Below, piece after piece: positions 43,073 through 56,190 of a stretch of 64,000 nucleotides of DNA. The translations under genes were made by a program, and so were the position numbers. Within the stretch, counting starts at the first letter, position 1, and each line of letters starts with the position of its first letter. The DNA comes from Octopus sinensis. Its lineage: Eukaryota. The notes beneath the pieces are model-generated. The model was given only the letters and a program-made list of their open reading frames with translations, searched no databases and was not told the origin of the DNA. Location of the stretch: the NCBI RefSeq assembly GCF_006345805.1, contig NC_043005.1, forward strand, positions 48,360,001 to 48,424,000. The letters are read 5' to 3'.

Positions 43073-45798
43073 AATCTGTTCCGAATTGCAGTAATTCACA
43101 TAGCTAGAAGTCAATCTCCAATTTTCATAATTCTCAAAAGATGAGAGAAATAATTTCCTCCTGGATAAGTCGGTATTATTTTACAGATAGCTTCCCTTCA
43201 CTGAAAGAATGTAACTTAGAACGGTAAAAAAGCTAAGCACTTTCGCAAATAAATAGCTCTGCCACTGCTTGGAACAACAAATAATTTCTACCCTGCAGTA
43301 GCAATCTACAATTAGCAAAAGGCAGGGCTGTTTACAAATTAAGTATCTTGCTAACAGGCACAACATAGAAAAGGATACGAAACCGTCTCATCTCAGTTAG
43401 TTGTCTACTATCCTCCTTATCCATTCGCTTACAAATATATTTCAAATTTCAACCTTTTTCAGACCATTGCTAGTAAATGACCAGTGGTGCGATTAGCATT
43501 CTAAATATTCACCATTTTGCATGCTACAATAGATGTAGTAATCTCTGTAATATAGTATACATAATCCTCCAGTTTATATTTAGATTAATAATAATGCTAA
43601 CGTCGACGATATCAGCGAGTTATCCGACAAAACCTAGAGTTAAACTTCCGCTTGAATATGACGAGAGCGAAACATATTTTCTTCCCTGATATCGAGATAT
43701 CGTTCTGATCCTGAAATTTCAAAGATATTCAGCATTACACACGTTGGCCATCACAGCCCAGTAAACTTTATTAACATTAGAGTATAACATGTTACCTGTC
43801 ACAGGAAATGGGACCATGTCGTTGTTTCTTTTCAGTTAAATAACAACTGAATCAAAGAAGAATATTCTATTTTTCAAACGTAAAGTTCTAGTAATCAATA
43901 GTTTTAACAATATATCCTCGAAAACTACATAACCTTAATGTAACCAAAATAACTCTATTTACAATTCAAGATACAAATCTATTGAGCATGCAGCGCAATA
44001 AATCCCCAAATTGTCCAGTTATTTGCATATTCCACTAGCAATTTGCATTAATAAGAGCGGAGGCTGAAAATACTAAAACAGAAAACAAACAAAAAAGCTG
44101 TATATTATTAACGACAAAAGATATATGAATGATTGTTGTTTAATATTTGCTTATTGCAGATGTAATGTATAATTTGGTTTGCATTGAAAGTCGCATGGAT
44201 TGATTTAACTTGACTCAGCACAAAGGTTGTGTCTATATATAGGAAACAGGAAATAACCAGAGGTTAGATTCATGTCTTTCTCAAGCAATTTAGAAATGTA
44301 AGTGAAGTAAAATCTCTTCAGATGGTGATTGAAACTACATCGCGCTCTCGGTTTATCAAGAGATTAGCTCTTTTCTGCAATATTTCCCACTCGAACCGTG
44401 GAAAGAAATTGGAGAATAAAAAAGAAAAGAAAAGAAACAGGTGCTTAAGTTTCTCATATATAATTCAAATCGACGTGATTTGAAAGAACTCATCTTAGAA
44501 AGTAGTTTACAGCTGTTGTTTTAATCATTTCACTGATAATGAATCTCGGCCGTGAGATTAAACAGGCTTGATCTTAATTAACGTTATCAAAAATCACATT
44601 GAACTGAAATAAATTCAAAAGACAAAGAAATCCTCGAGCTTCGTTCAAAGTGGAGAGTGAAACCTGTAATAATTTCACGTACCAGTCTTTATTTCTCCAT
44701 TATAATTCTCTTTGTTTCTTATATCTTGCCGCATCGCAAATATGTCGACTGAGCAATAAAACCAATCAGTAACTAGTATCCTCCTTGTAAACCGCTACTC
44801 ACCGTCAACACCTAATCATAACTACCACACTTATTGACATTTATGATTCTCAACATGCTTCCAAACTCTCATTTGACAATATTTAACCCACACAACTTTC
44901 TTCCTTTTTATGATTATGATCATCACCTGTTGATGACTAGAATCAACCAACTGGGTTTCTTTTGTTCTTCATCATACTTGGATTATAAAAGCTACGGGCT
45001 TAACTCTCTTTCATAAAGATGACTTACTAACTTAATTAGTTAAATTCAATTTCATCTAAGGTTCCGTATAATAAATATTTTGTCTTTAATGTTTCGATAT
45101 TAATTGTTATAAGTTAATAATTAGATAACCTCCATAAAACCATTACAATTCAAATAGTCATTAACACTTTGATCTTACGCAGTTTCCGATGTAGCGCTCA
45201 TTTCAAATGTGGAGATCATTCTCCACTGCCGAACAAAGTTGCGGTAATTGACAAGGGGCTCTACTGAAAGTTAAAAATGATCAAAGATTTCTGCATATTT
45301 GACATTATCAAAATACCCTGATAGTAAACCAAGTGCAGTCATCAGTTCGACATCGCTATCATTTGTTACATATTATAGTTCTGATGTAAAAGGTCTCTAG
45401 TGTCGTTGAATTAGAACATTGAAGCAAGCAATCATGAATAAATGTTTCTAATTTTCTCCCTACTATTCAAAACGTTCGTACTATATGTACTTAAATTGTA
45501 TTTGCAGACGGCTGGAAAACTTACTAGTCGAAACGTAGTTCTGTTACAATGAAATCCACAGTGGATATTTATAAATTACCAACAAATATATTAAAAGTAT
45601 CTGTTCCTTCCTAGTACTGTTTCTTGTGTCTCTAGGCGCCAATCTTCAAAATCAATATTACCAACGACGTCATTAAAGAAAACTGTCATCTCAGTGGATT
45701 ACACTGGATGATAGCGATTGCTTTTCTCTCGTTGTGAAATGTAACGTCCGTTTATAAAATACGAATGATATTACATGTCTTTGTAATAATAATAATAA

Positions 45799-45842
<44 letters not shown>

Positions 45843-45880
45843 TAATAATAATAATAATAATAACATTAACAATAACAATG

Positions 45881-45958
<78 letters not shown>

Positions 45959-45959
45959 T

Positions 45960-46170
45960 AATCCTTTCTACTAAAGGTACAAGGCCTGAAATTTGGGGGA
46001 AGGAAAGAATCGATTTACACGAACCCTACTGCCTAACTCGTGCTTATTTCATCGACCTGAAAAGGATGAAAGGTAAAGTCGAGCTCGGCGGAATTTGAAC
46101 TATGACCATAAAATTGAATGAAATACTGTTACGCTTTTCGCCTCAATGCGCTAACGATTCCGCCAGCTCC
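45960..46170 (-). mobile_element. SINE family A between (AAT)n arrays
   Basis: atcctttctactaaaggtacaaggcctgaaatt...aaggatgaaaggtaaagtcgagctcggcggaatttgaac. Confidence 0.9.
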
Positions 46171-46198
46171 CCAGTTTCGATTCTGCCTTTTCGCCGCT

Positions 46199-46268
<70 letters not shown>

Positions 46269-46279
46269 TAATAATAATA

Positions 46280-46325
<46 letters not shown>

Positions 46326-46326
46326 T

Positions 46327-46805
46327 CTATGTTTGACTTTTGCTTTATGTCTGTACAAGTTGGCTCCAAGTCTCACCCAAGAGACACCTCAAGAGACAAC
46401 AGGTTGGAAGTTCTGTGCCATATATTTGGGGTTTTTTTTGGTGTTGTACTAGTGAATGTCTAATGCATAAAAAAAATAAATAAATAAATAGATAAATAAA
46501 CAAATAAATAAATAAAAAAAAGTTTGTTTTAAACCTTGGGATTACATAGAGAGTATTTTGCGTAGGATATGAGCAGTTCCCATGAGCACTATCTTTTGAA
46601 TTTCTGCCATTTTGGGGTTTCCTGGTATCTGAGTTAGGTAGCAATCAGTCCCTTTCGCTATCATTCCCAGGGCACCTATGACAACAGGTATTGTTTTAGT
46701 CTTCAGCTTCCACATTTTGATGATTTCTATTTCAAGATCTTTATATTTGCTCAGTTTTTGCTGATTTCTATTTCAAGATCTTTATATTTGCTCAGTTATA
46801 TTTGC

Positions 46806-46806
<1 letters not shown>
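46327..46806 (-). mobile_element. 3' fragment of the R4/Dong-like LINE, inverted, flanked by (ATT)n
   Basis: Diverged reverse complement of about 48843-49250; 36-bp stutter duplication at its 5' junction (46721-56 / 46762-97). Confidence 0.9.
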
Positions 46807-46838
<32 letters not shown>

Positions 46839-46900
46839 TATTATTATTATTATTACAGTAATAGTAATAATAATAATAATAATAATATATAATAATAATA

Positions 46901-46938
<38 letters not shown>

Positions 46939-46986
46939 TAATAATAATAATATAGTAATAGTAATAATAATATAATAATAATATTA

Positions 46987-47060
<74 letters not shown>

Positions 47061-47074
47061 GTAATAATATATAG

Positions 47075-49250
47075 TTTTTTAAATAGAAAATAGCATATTC
47101 CTTAATGAGCAAAAAGGATGTAAACGTGAATCTTGTGGTTGTAAAGATCAGCTACTCATCAATAAGATGATCTTACAAGATTGTCACAAACGACACAAAA
47201 ACTTGTCAATAGCCTGGATAGACTGTAAAACAGCTTATGATAGCCTATCACATAGCTGGATTAAGAAATGTCTGGAAATGTATAAAAAAGCGCCTACTCT
47301 GTGAAAATACTTTTCTGTAAGTATGAGTTCATGGAGAACCACAGTGACTTTGAACAGTTACAATGAATCTCTAAATGCTGGAGATGTGAAAATTTCATGT
47401 GGTATTTTCCAGGTTGACTCACTATCACTACACCTCTTTCGTCTAGCCTTAATACCTCTCTCAAAATTGCTCAATGATGCACAGTACGGTTATAAAAGAT
47501 TTGATAAAAATATAAATCATCTCATTTACATGGATGATTGAAATCTCATTTGCGAAAAATGGCCAAAATCTCAAGGGCTTACTAGCGATTGTTAAACAAT
47601 TCAGTGATGACATCAGGATGCAACTTGGCCTCGATAAATGTGCAAAAATGACAAAAAACATCTGACGTTAACCTTGACCAGCAGAATGTCATAAAAGAGT
47701 TAGAACCAGCGGAAAGCTACAAATACCTAGGGGTACTTGAAGGGGACGGAATTAGGCATTCAGTGATGAGGGTAAGGATCAGGAGAGAATGTTATCGCAA
47801 GGTGAGAGCAATACTCAAGACAGAGTTAAATGCGAGAAACAGGATCGTAGCGATCAATACTTTAGCCATACCGGTCGTGACTTACAGTTTCAATATCATT
47901 AACTGGTCAATTACTGAAATATGTGATCTTGACAGAAAAATACGAAAACTGTTGACAATGAATAGAATACACCACCCTAAGGCAGATATAGAACGACTTT
48001 ATCTGCCAAGAAAAGAGGGAGACCGTGGAATTTTACATCTGGTATTAACAATGACGATTGACACAATTGAAGTAGACAACTACCTGAAAAACTCTGAGTA
48101 CTGGATGTTAAAACTTGTCTCAAAATATGAAAACAAGAAAGCATCATACTCAGTAACAAAACAAGCAAAGGAATTTCTAAGTGAATTCCAAATACAACAA
48201 ATTTCGGAATTAGACATACTAGAAATAAGCGCAGAAAAAGCTAAGCGCATGAAAACCTGTGCTAAAACTACTGACTTAAATATTCTGACTGATAAATGGC
48301 AAGAAAACCTCTCAATGGCAAATACTCAAAGACAGAGATTAATGTCGACGTTGACAAAGCCGTTACCCATCAATGGCTAATGGCTTCTGGCTTAAAATCT
48401 GAAACAGAAGGGTTTATCATAGCAGCCCAAGATCAATGCCTACCTACAAGGAACTACCAGGCCAACATATTTAAGAACGGCAGCTTCTCAACATGCCTAG
48501 CATGTCAACAACAAAATGAAACCATTGATCATGTTGTCTCCATGTGCAGTCGTCTTGAGCCAACAGAATATCTCAGCAGGCATGATAGAGCTGCACAATA
48601 TATTCACTGGGTAATTTGCAAAAGCCTGGACTTGCCTCATGATAAAACTCATCGGAGCACAAACCATCTCCAGTGCTTGAAAATGACAACATCTCAATCC
48701 TTTGGAACTTCACCATTCAAACTGACAGAAAGATAGATGCGAAAAGGCCAGACACCATATTGAAAGACTTCAGACAATAATCATGCCTCCTCATTGATAT
48801 GACTGTCCCAATCGATATAAACGTATCTGTCAAAACCTACTAGAAACTGAGCAAGTATAAAGATCTTGAGATAGAAATTAGCAAAACGTGGAAACTGAAG
48901 ACTAAAACAATACCTGTTGTCATAGGTGTCCTGGGAATGATAGCAAAAGGGGCTGATTGCTCCCTAGCTCAGATACCAGGAAACCCCAAAATGGCAGAAA
49001 TTCAAAAGATAGTGCTCATGGGAACTCTACATATCCTACGCAAAATACGTTCTATGTAATTTCAAATTCTAAAACAAATATAATTTTCTTATGGTTTCAT
49101 AAACATTCTCTAGAACAACACTATGTACAAAACCAAATATATGGCACCCTAGGCATAACACCAACTTGAACTTCTAACTTGTTGTCTCTTGAGGTCTCTG
49201 GGTAAGACTTGGAGTCAACTTGTACAAATATAAAGCAAAAGTCAAACATA
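47075..49250 (+). mobile_element. 5'-truncated R4/Dong-like non-LTR retrotransposon (RT + CCHC + RLE endonuclease), decayed, in a (TAA)n array
   Basis: [109 protein letters not shown]; (TAA)n on both sides. Confidence 0.95.
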
Positions 49251-49264
49251 AAATAATAATAATT

Positions 49265-49306
<42 letters not shown>

Positions 49307-49310
49307 TAAT

Positions 49311-49369
<59 letters not shown>

Positions 49370-49404
49370 TAATAATAATAATAACAGCAATAATAATAAT
49401 AATA

Positions 49405-49935
49405 AATGTCCTGATGCAGTACCAGGCAGTGGCTCTCATGACTTCTCGTCTTAACTGATTGGAAGTTTTATCATGTACATTGTTTTGTCTTGGAATAAAA
49501 GATGGGCTACCGTAAATATTCTGTTCAATACCACAGACTTACTTGTCAGTTGTTTGACATTAGCTTGTTGAACAACTCACTTGGTGGCTGCCGATATGTG
49601 CATCACGAGCAGAAATAGTGGGGGAGTATCTTAACCATGTGTTGAGAGGAATTCTTTGGGGTTCGTATAATTCGCCTTTGGAAACATGGGTGTTTCGCTC
49701 AACATCCTCAAACAACCCTTATTCAGGGACATCTTGAGCGGGTTGGGCTACTCGACCTAAAGAAAATTCTAACAGAGCCCCACCTACAAAGTCATACCTT
49801 GTTCATCTTGATATGAGATCACCATGTTGCTCACATATGGTTCTGATGCACGTATTTGGTCTACTGTTGCGTATACTGGGCTTCATACAATTGTACTCCA
49901 GTGTCATTTTGTTGGCATGCGTTGCTCTCTCACTC

Positions 49936-49936
<1 letters not shown>
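49405..49936 (+). mobile_element. About 530-bp apparently non-coding element inserted in (TAA)n
   Basis: Higher-GC island bounded precisely by TAA repeats on both sides; no recognisable ORF; strand inferred from the TAA tail. Confidence 0.5.
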
Positions 49937-49985
<49 letters not shown>

Positions 49986-50005
49986 TGATGATGATGATGA
50001 GGAGG

Positions 50006-50037
<32 letters not shown>

Positions 50038-50086
50038 AATGATGATGATGATGAGGAGGAGGAGGAGGAGGAGAATACCAACAGCA

Positions 50087-50202
50087 GTTTCAAATTTCGG
50101 CAACAGACCAGCAGGTTCGGAGGAAGGGTAAGCCGACATCGACCCGAGTGCTTAGCTGTTACTTATTTTATCGACCCCGAAAAAATGAAAGACAAAGTCG
50201 AT
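50087..50202 (-). mobile_element. SINE family A 3' part
   Basis: tttcaaatttcggcaacagaccagcag...cttattttatcgaccccgaaaaaatgaaagacaaagtcga. Confidence 0.8.
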
Positions 50203-50242
50203 CTTATTATTATGATAATCTAATTAAATTCGAAAACAACTA

Positions 50243-50578
50243 TTCTTCTTCTTATTATTATTATTTTTTTTCTTCTTCTTCTTCTTCTTCTTCTTCTTCT
50301 TCTTCTTCTTCTTCTTCTTCTTCTTCTTCTTCTTTTTCTTCTTCTTCTTTTTCTTCTTCTTCTTCTTTTTCTTCTTTTTCTTCTTTTTCTTCTTCTTCTT
50401 CTTCTTCTTCTTCTTCTCCTCCTCCTTCTTCTTCTTCTTCTTCTTCTGTTACAACCACTACTACTGCTACTACTACTACTACTGCTACTACTACTACTAC
50501 TACTACTACTACTAGTAGTAGTAGTAGTAGTAGTAGTAGCAGTAGCAGCAGCAGAAGACGAAGAGTAGTAGTGGTAGT

Positions 50579-50614
<36 letters not shown>

Positions 50615-50654
50615 AGAAGAAGAAGAAGAAGAAGAAGAAGAAGAAGAAGAAGAA
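50243..50654. repeat. Self-complementary compound trinucleotide array (TTC)n-(ACT)n-(AGT)n-(GCA)n-(GAA)n
   Basis: Direct inspection; symmetry centre actagt at 50511-50516. Confidence 0.9.
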
Positions 50655-51503
50655 GGATTAAGGGTCATACTGATGATGATGTGGTTAATTCATCTCCAAA
50701 GTGGAATAGTTGTTTTCGAATTTAATTGTATTATCATAATAGTAATAAGTATTTGTATTGATATGTAAAATTTCTTAACCACCGGAAACTCTTTATTTGT
50801 TCAGCCCTTTTTAATGTATTAGTCAATATGTGATGACCTAAGATAGCTAACGTAGAATAATAATAAAAAAAAAGCGAAAGTAAATATATGACTCTCATTA
50901 TTACGTGTTTTGACAGTCGGGATTGTTAAAACACACACTGAAGGCATTTTATCTCCCAAACTAAAGGAAAATTAATTGGAATGAAGTTTCATTTGAGCTT
51001 CCATTCATTACTACATCTGTTGCATTCATAAAACCATTGCCTAACAAATGATTTCTATTTTTTTTTTCATTTTGTGGAGAATTACTCTGTTTAAGCTGCA
51101 AATCGGGCTGTAGTAAGACTGGATGAGTGTTCTGAATAAAAAACAATACAGGTTATGCAGGAAAAAAAATTATGTTTTAGGAGACGTTGGGGAAGATATA
51201 CGAAAATAATTCAGGAGGCAAAAAAGTTCATTTTCTAGCTCGAAAATGAGATTGACAGTGACCATGATAAAAATCTATTACTGTCATTAGAATTTAGCAA
51301 CTTCGAGAGAATGTGAGCCTTCACGTTTTTCTGCCCAAAGGAATTTTAATCCAATGTTTACACGCAATAATTGATAACGTTGCCTGCATCGAGTTTCGCT
51401 GTTCCCCCCATCAAGATAAAAGTAATTATTTCATGTTCTCTCAAAGTTTCTAAATTCTTATATCGTCAATAACATGCAGTTATACATACATACATACATA
51501 TAG

Positions 51504-51551
<48 letters not shown>

Positions 51552-51557
<6 letters not shown>

Positions 51558-51772
51558 CAATATAAGGAATGGCCCTAATAGGCCATTCGACTCACTAGAA
51601 AGAGCAGCCAAACCCAAAGTTTTGTCGAAACTATGCATAGTCCAGAGATGAAAAGGGTAAATGTTTTTATTTCTCTTTCAATTTCAGAATTACAACTATT
51701 TAGCGGTTTGAGTTTGGTGCTCTTTCTAGTGAGTCGAATGGTCTATTAGGGCCATTCCTTATATTGTTGAAT
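51552..51772. repeat. Near-perfect inverted repeat (about 65-bp arms) built from the family E head
   Basis: attcaacaatataaggaatggccctaataggccattcgactcactagaaagagca versus its reverse complement at 51718-51772, 1 mismatch. Confidence 0.85.
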
Positions 51773-51877
51773 GTATATTATATAGTCTTTGACTATCTTT
51801 TCTTCTCACTAGACCGCTGGTAGCTGAGAATTTTTTCTAGAATTTTCTTGCTACCCTTATATTTATTAATTAATATA

Positions 51878-51938
<61 letters not shown>

Positions 51939-52062
51939 CTAATATAGGATAGAATTTTTCGAAAAAAATTCTATCAATGGCCAGCATTGTTTATACATAT
52001 ATATATATATATATATATGTATGTATATATATATATGTATAAGTATATGTATATGTATGTAT

Positions 52063-52100
<38 letters not shown>

Positions 52101-52161
52101 ATGTATGTGTGTGTATGTATGTATGTATATATGTATGCATGTATGCATATGTGTGTATATA

Positions 52162-52216
<55 letters not shown>

Positions 52217-52399
52217 CAATCATAAATAAGGGCAAAAGAAAAATTTCTGTGCAAATATGCTGAGAAATTTACTTTAAAACGTCAATCACTACATACAACA
52301 TATATTGTTTATAATTTTCACCTTAAAAGTTATTTTAATATGCTGGCCACTTGATGAAATTTTTGAAAAAAATTATCCTATATAAGAAGTATACACACA

Positions 52400-52469
<70 letters not shown>

Positions 52470-53029
52470 TAGGTAAAAAGAGAGAGACTTCTCACTGGTA
52501 AGAACAAAGTTTCTAAAATGGAGTGATAACTACGAAGGATTGCTTTAGCCCAACGGAAGAACAGCTGCCATATTCACAGAAGAGAGGTGATCTCGTTCCA
52601 CTGGCAGCCTTCGACTTTTTGTATCCAAACGAATTTTTGAAACCCTGTGTTAACAAACAGCTATTTATTATAGCGTTATCTGACCCAAGTTTCACTTTTC
52701 GATAAAAGAATTATCTCTATAAATTATTATTTCCATTATTAATAATGTTTCTTATATAAACTTTCCTCGCCCTAATGAATCTTTTAAATTTATAAGATAA
52801 TAAAAATACGGTATTGAGAATTTCATGACCTTTTTCTAGCGTGACATAAAGTGAAATATTTTCAACCGAATGCGTAATCTTACTTACATTATTTACCATA
52901 TCATTTGAAATATATGAACATCCCGGTATTTTTCAATGGAGAAGATACTGGGCGTTGTAAACTATCGACCGCATCGGATACTTTATTCAATTACATTTGG
53001 TAATAGAACTACAGATTTGAGCTCAGATT

Positions 53030-53330
53030 TTGGTAAGGAAGCCTATTTCACATCGCATTGAGCGGTGACAGCTCCGGTACCACGGAGATGTGATTAGAAT
53101 GTTGCTGGAAAGAATCGCAAAATAGATTCTTCAAGCATTGCCAACCAGTAAGACACCCAGGGGTACACTAAGAACGAAATGTTTCGATAGTATCCATAGT
53201 CTCAATTGGTCACAATTTGGAATCCAGCCGAAAATTGTAATGAGAGCGGACCCTAAGGAGGAGGTGTCTGAGGACTCTACCCTCACGGCACTCCCAGGAA
53301 TGGTAAGAGAATCTGAATGGATGGATGGCT
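53030..53330 (+). mobile_element. RTE-clade (Rex3/Expander-like) LINE 3' fragment
   Basis: PISHRIER*QLRYHGDVIRMLLERIAK*ILQALPTSKTPRGTLRTKCFDSI..LNWSQFGIQP, resembling RIERSQLRW.GHV.RM..ER....RPRGRPRTRW; atggatggatgg tail. Confidence 0.85.
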
Positions 53331-53458
53331 GAAAGGATAGGTGCATAATATATTAAACTGTATTCAGGGTGTTTTTCCACTACCTTACGTACAAATAAAT
53401 ATTGCCCTTGTGGTAATTATATATATATATATATATATATATAATAATAATAATTTTT

Positions 53459-53545
53459 AACCTGATGAGCGACTATATTTATATCGAAGGGATTTCTCTA
53501 CTACTATAATCATTTCTTAAATATAGCTGCGAAACCCGTGTCGTT
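53459..53545 (+). ncRNA. Type-I hammerhead ribozyme with long stem II, intact core boxes
   Basis: aac-CTGATGA(53462-68)-gcgactatattta...taaatatagctgc-GAAA(53531-34)-cccgt-GTC-gtt; stem I only 3 bp, stem III palindrome imperfect. Confidence 0.65.
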
Positions 53546-54942
53546 TTTCTATCTATTATATACGTTTTTATTATTATTTTTGCAATTTACTTAATCTTTA
53601 CATTTTATTGTTATTTTAATTTTAACTTTTCTATTATATGTAATTTTCTAGATGATAATTTAATTGTTCATTTTGAATTGATAAAAGGTGGTTTTTTTCT
53701 AATTATATATATATACATATATTAGTTTCGCAAATACGAAAACTACGAAACAAATTTCATAACGCCGAAGCATGGCTTCGCTATCACGTGGTTCCATGTA
53801 TCGACTAGGCAATCGTTTTTTTTTTATTATTATTATTATAACCTGAGTCCAACCAAAGCTTTGTAGGAGAAACTGGGCAGTTTGAAACTACGAAAGCACA
53901 CACAATGGGTTACATTTACTTTTGAGTGATCCATCCTTACCACATCACTCGATATGTAATCCAGTCTAACATCACTTGGTCCGTGGTTATTCAGTCTGTT
54001 ACAAGTATTTACAGTAAATCTCAAGGGCCTTTATATAATTTCCTACCTTCATTCCACCAGTATCATAGTCTCGGCAAAAATGGCCAATCACAGGCGATAT
54101 CGTTCTTCATCTGGCGAAGTCTTAAACGAAACAAGAATTAAACAGAATAAGAACTTGATATGTTGGTAACCTACGAACAACTTTAAGGTGCTTGTTTGTT
54201 ATTATGTTTTATGTTTCATCTACAGAAGACCAATATATTTCTCATTCTCTAATCTGATGACCAATGAGTTTCCTCAACGCTTCATTAGCATTTTAGCTAG
54301 ACAAGCTTGAATTTCCGTTTTCACTTTCGCTTTCCTTCTTCTGCTTATTGTTGTTATTGAGAACGCTAATTAGGAACTGAATGTCATATATTGCCTTTCT
54401 TCAAGACAAAATAAATTACCCTTTTTTTGTCTACTTATTCTTCTTTTCTTTTTCACTTTTGTTTTGTTTTCTGACAAAACATTTCGCAATACAGCAAAGA
54501 ATTCGGATACCATAAATTGCTAAATGTATCTTATCTTTCCCGCTTGCTATTTTATCCTCGCTTTCTAACTGAAAAGCATATATTCATATGTTAATATTTG
54601 ATCAGGGCCAAACATCTTAGCGTCAAATTATTCATTAAATCTGGAGGATTCACAGAATCTTGTTTTACTGATTAACTGTTGCAAATTTGTTGCAACGTTT
54701 CCGCTTTAGCAAGCTTATTCTCTCACTTGCTAATTGAGCCACGAAACTAAGCTAGTAAACTAATTGAAGCCACTCTCCTTATTGTTCATTATTGCACTCA
54801 TATCCTTTTGGCTATAACAAATAAACCTCATTAACATATGTGTGTGTGAATGTGTGTGCACGTATTTATATGTATACGTATGTTTGTATGTTTGCATGTA
54901 TATATATTTGCGTGTATGTGCATCCCTACGTGTTTACATACA

Positions 54943-55006
<64 letters not shown>

Positions 55007-55599
55007 CACATATACACACCATATATTATCATATACACACATATATACATATATATATACATATATATACATATATATATATATATAATATATATATTAT
55101 ATATATATATATACACACACACATATTATATATATATACACATATAAATTCACTTATTGCACACCACATACACTCACGCGCATACACACAAGCACACGTG
55201 CTCTTGTGCTTCATTTGTCTGTATGTGAGTGTATGAGCGTGCGTTCGAGTGTTTGTGCTGTGTTGTAATTATCCGCAAGAAGATGATACAAATTAAAAAG
55301 CTGGGCGTATTCAGCTCGCAGTAAACTTTTAAAGGTAAACTTCTTGTTTACTTTTCTAAAACCATTCGTTGTTGCTGGTTCATCAGCAAAGTTTTGTGTT
55401 AGTTTCTGATGTTTCTTCTACATGGCAGCAGATACATCGATATTCCTGCGTACATGGAATTGAAGAAAGAATGAATGGAAATAAAAGTCAAAAATTTTCA
55501 CAAGTTTCCTTATTTAGAAATTATCTTCAGAGTTGAAAAATCATTTAATATTTTGTTCTCTGAATATAATTGTATTTTATTATCGATATGTCTTAAAAA

Positions 55600-56190
55600 G
55601 ACGGCAAGTTGGTAGAACCGTGAGCACGCCGGGCAAAATGCTCAGCGGCATTTCGTCTGTCATTACGTTCTGAGTTCAAATCTACCAAGGCTGACTTTGC
55701 CCTCCATCCTTTCGGGGTCGAAAAATAAGTAGCAGTTGAGTACTGGAGTCGATGTAATCGACTTATCGTCTCCTCTAAAATTGCTGGTCTTGTCCCAAAA
55801 TTTGAAATCATTATTCGTATGTCTTAAAGCGATGAGATGGATCACTCATTAGTAAGCAAGGCAAAATACTTAGCATTATTTCTTCTGAGTTTAGATGCCG
55901 TTCTTGCCATTTAGTCTTTCGGAGTTTGTCAAATACTACTAATTGAGTAATGAAATCAATGTAATCGACTTCCCCATCCTCTTAAAGTGGAAAGAATTAT
56001 TTATATATTTTAAAGACGGCGAGCTGACAGAATTGCTAACACGCAGGACAAAATACTTAACAACTTTCCACCCGCCTTTATGTTCTGAGTTCAAATTCAT
56101 CCGAGGTTGACATAGTCTTTCATCCTTTTGAAGTCGGTGTAACCGACTTCATCCTTTCTCCAAAATTGCTGGCCTTGTGCCAAAAGTGGA
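55600..56190 (+). mobile_element. Three tandem SINE family A copies
   Basis: Heads at about 55600, 55830 and 56014; tatgtcttaaa repeated before the first two. Confidence 0.85.

Noticed and set aside
52513-52705. Overlapping 60-aa ORFs on both strands
   Set aside because: No recognisable domain or clear splice signals; length is expected by chance.
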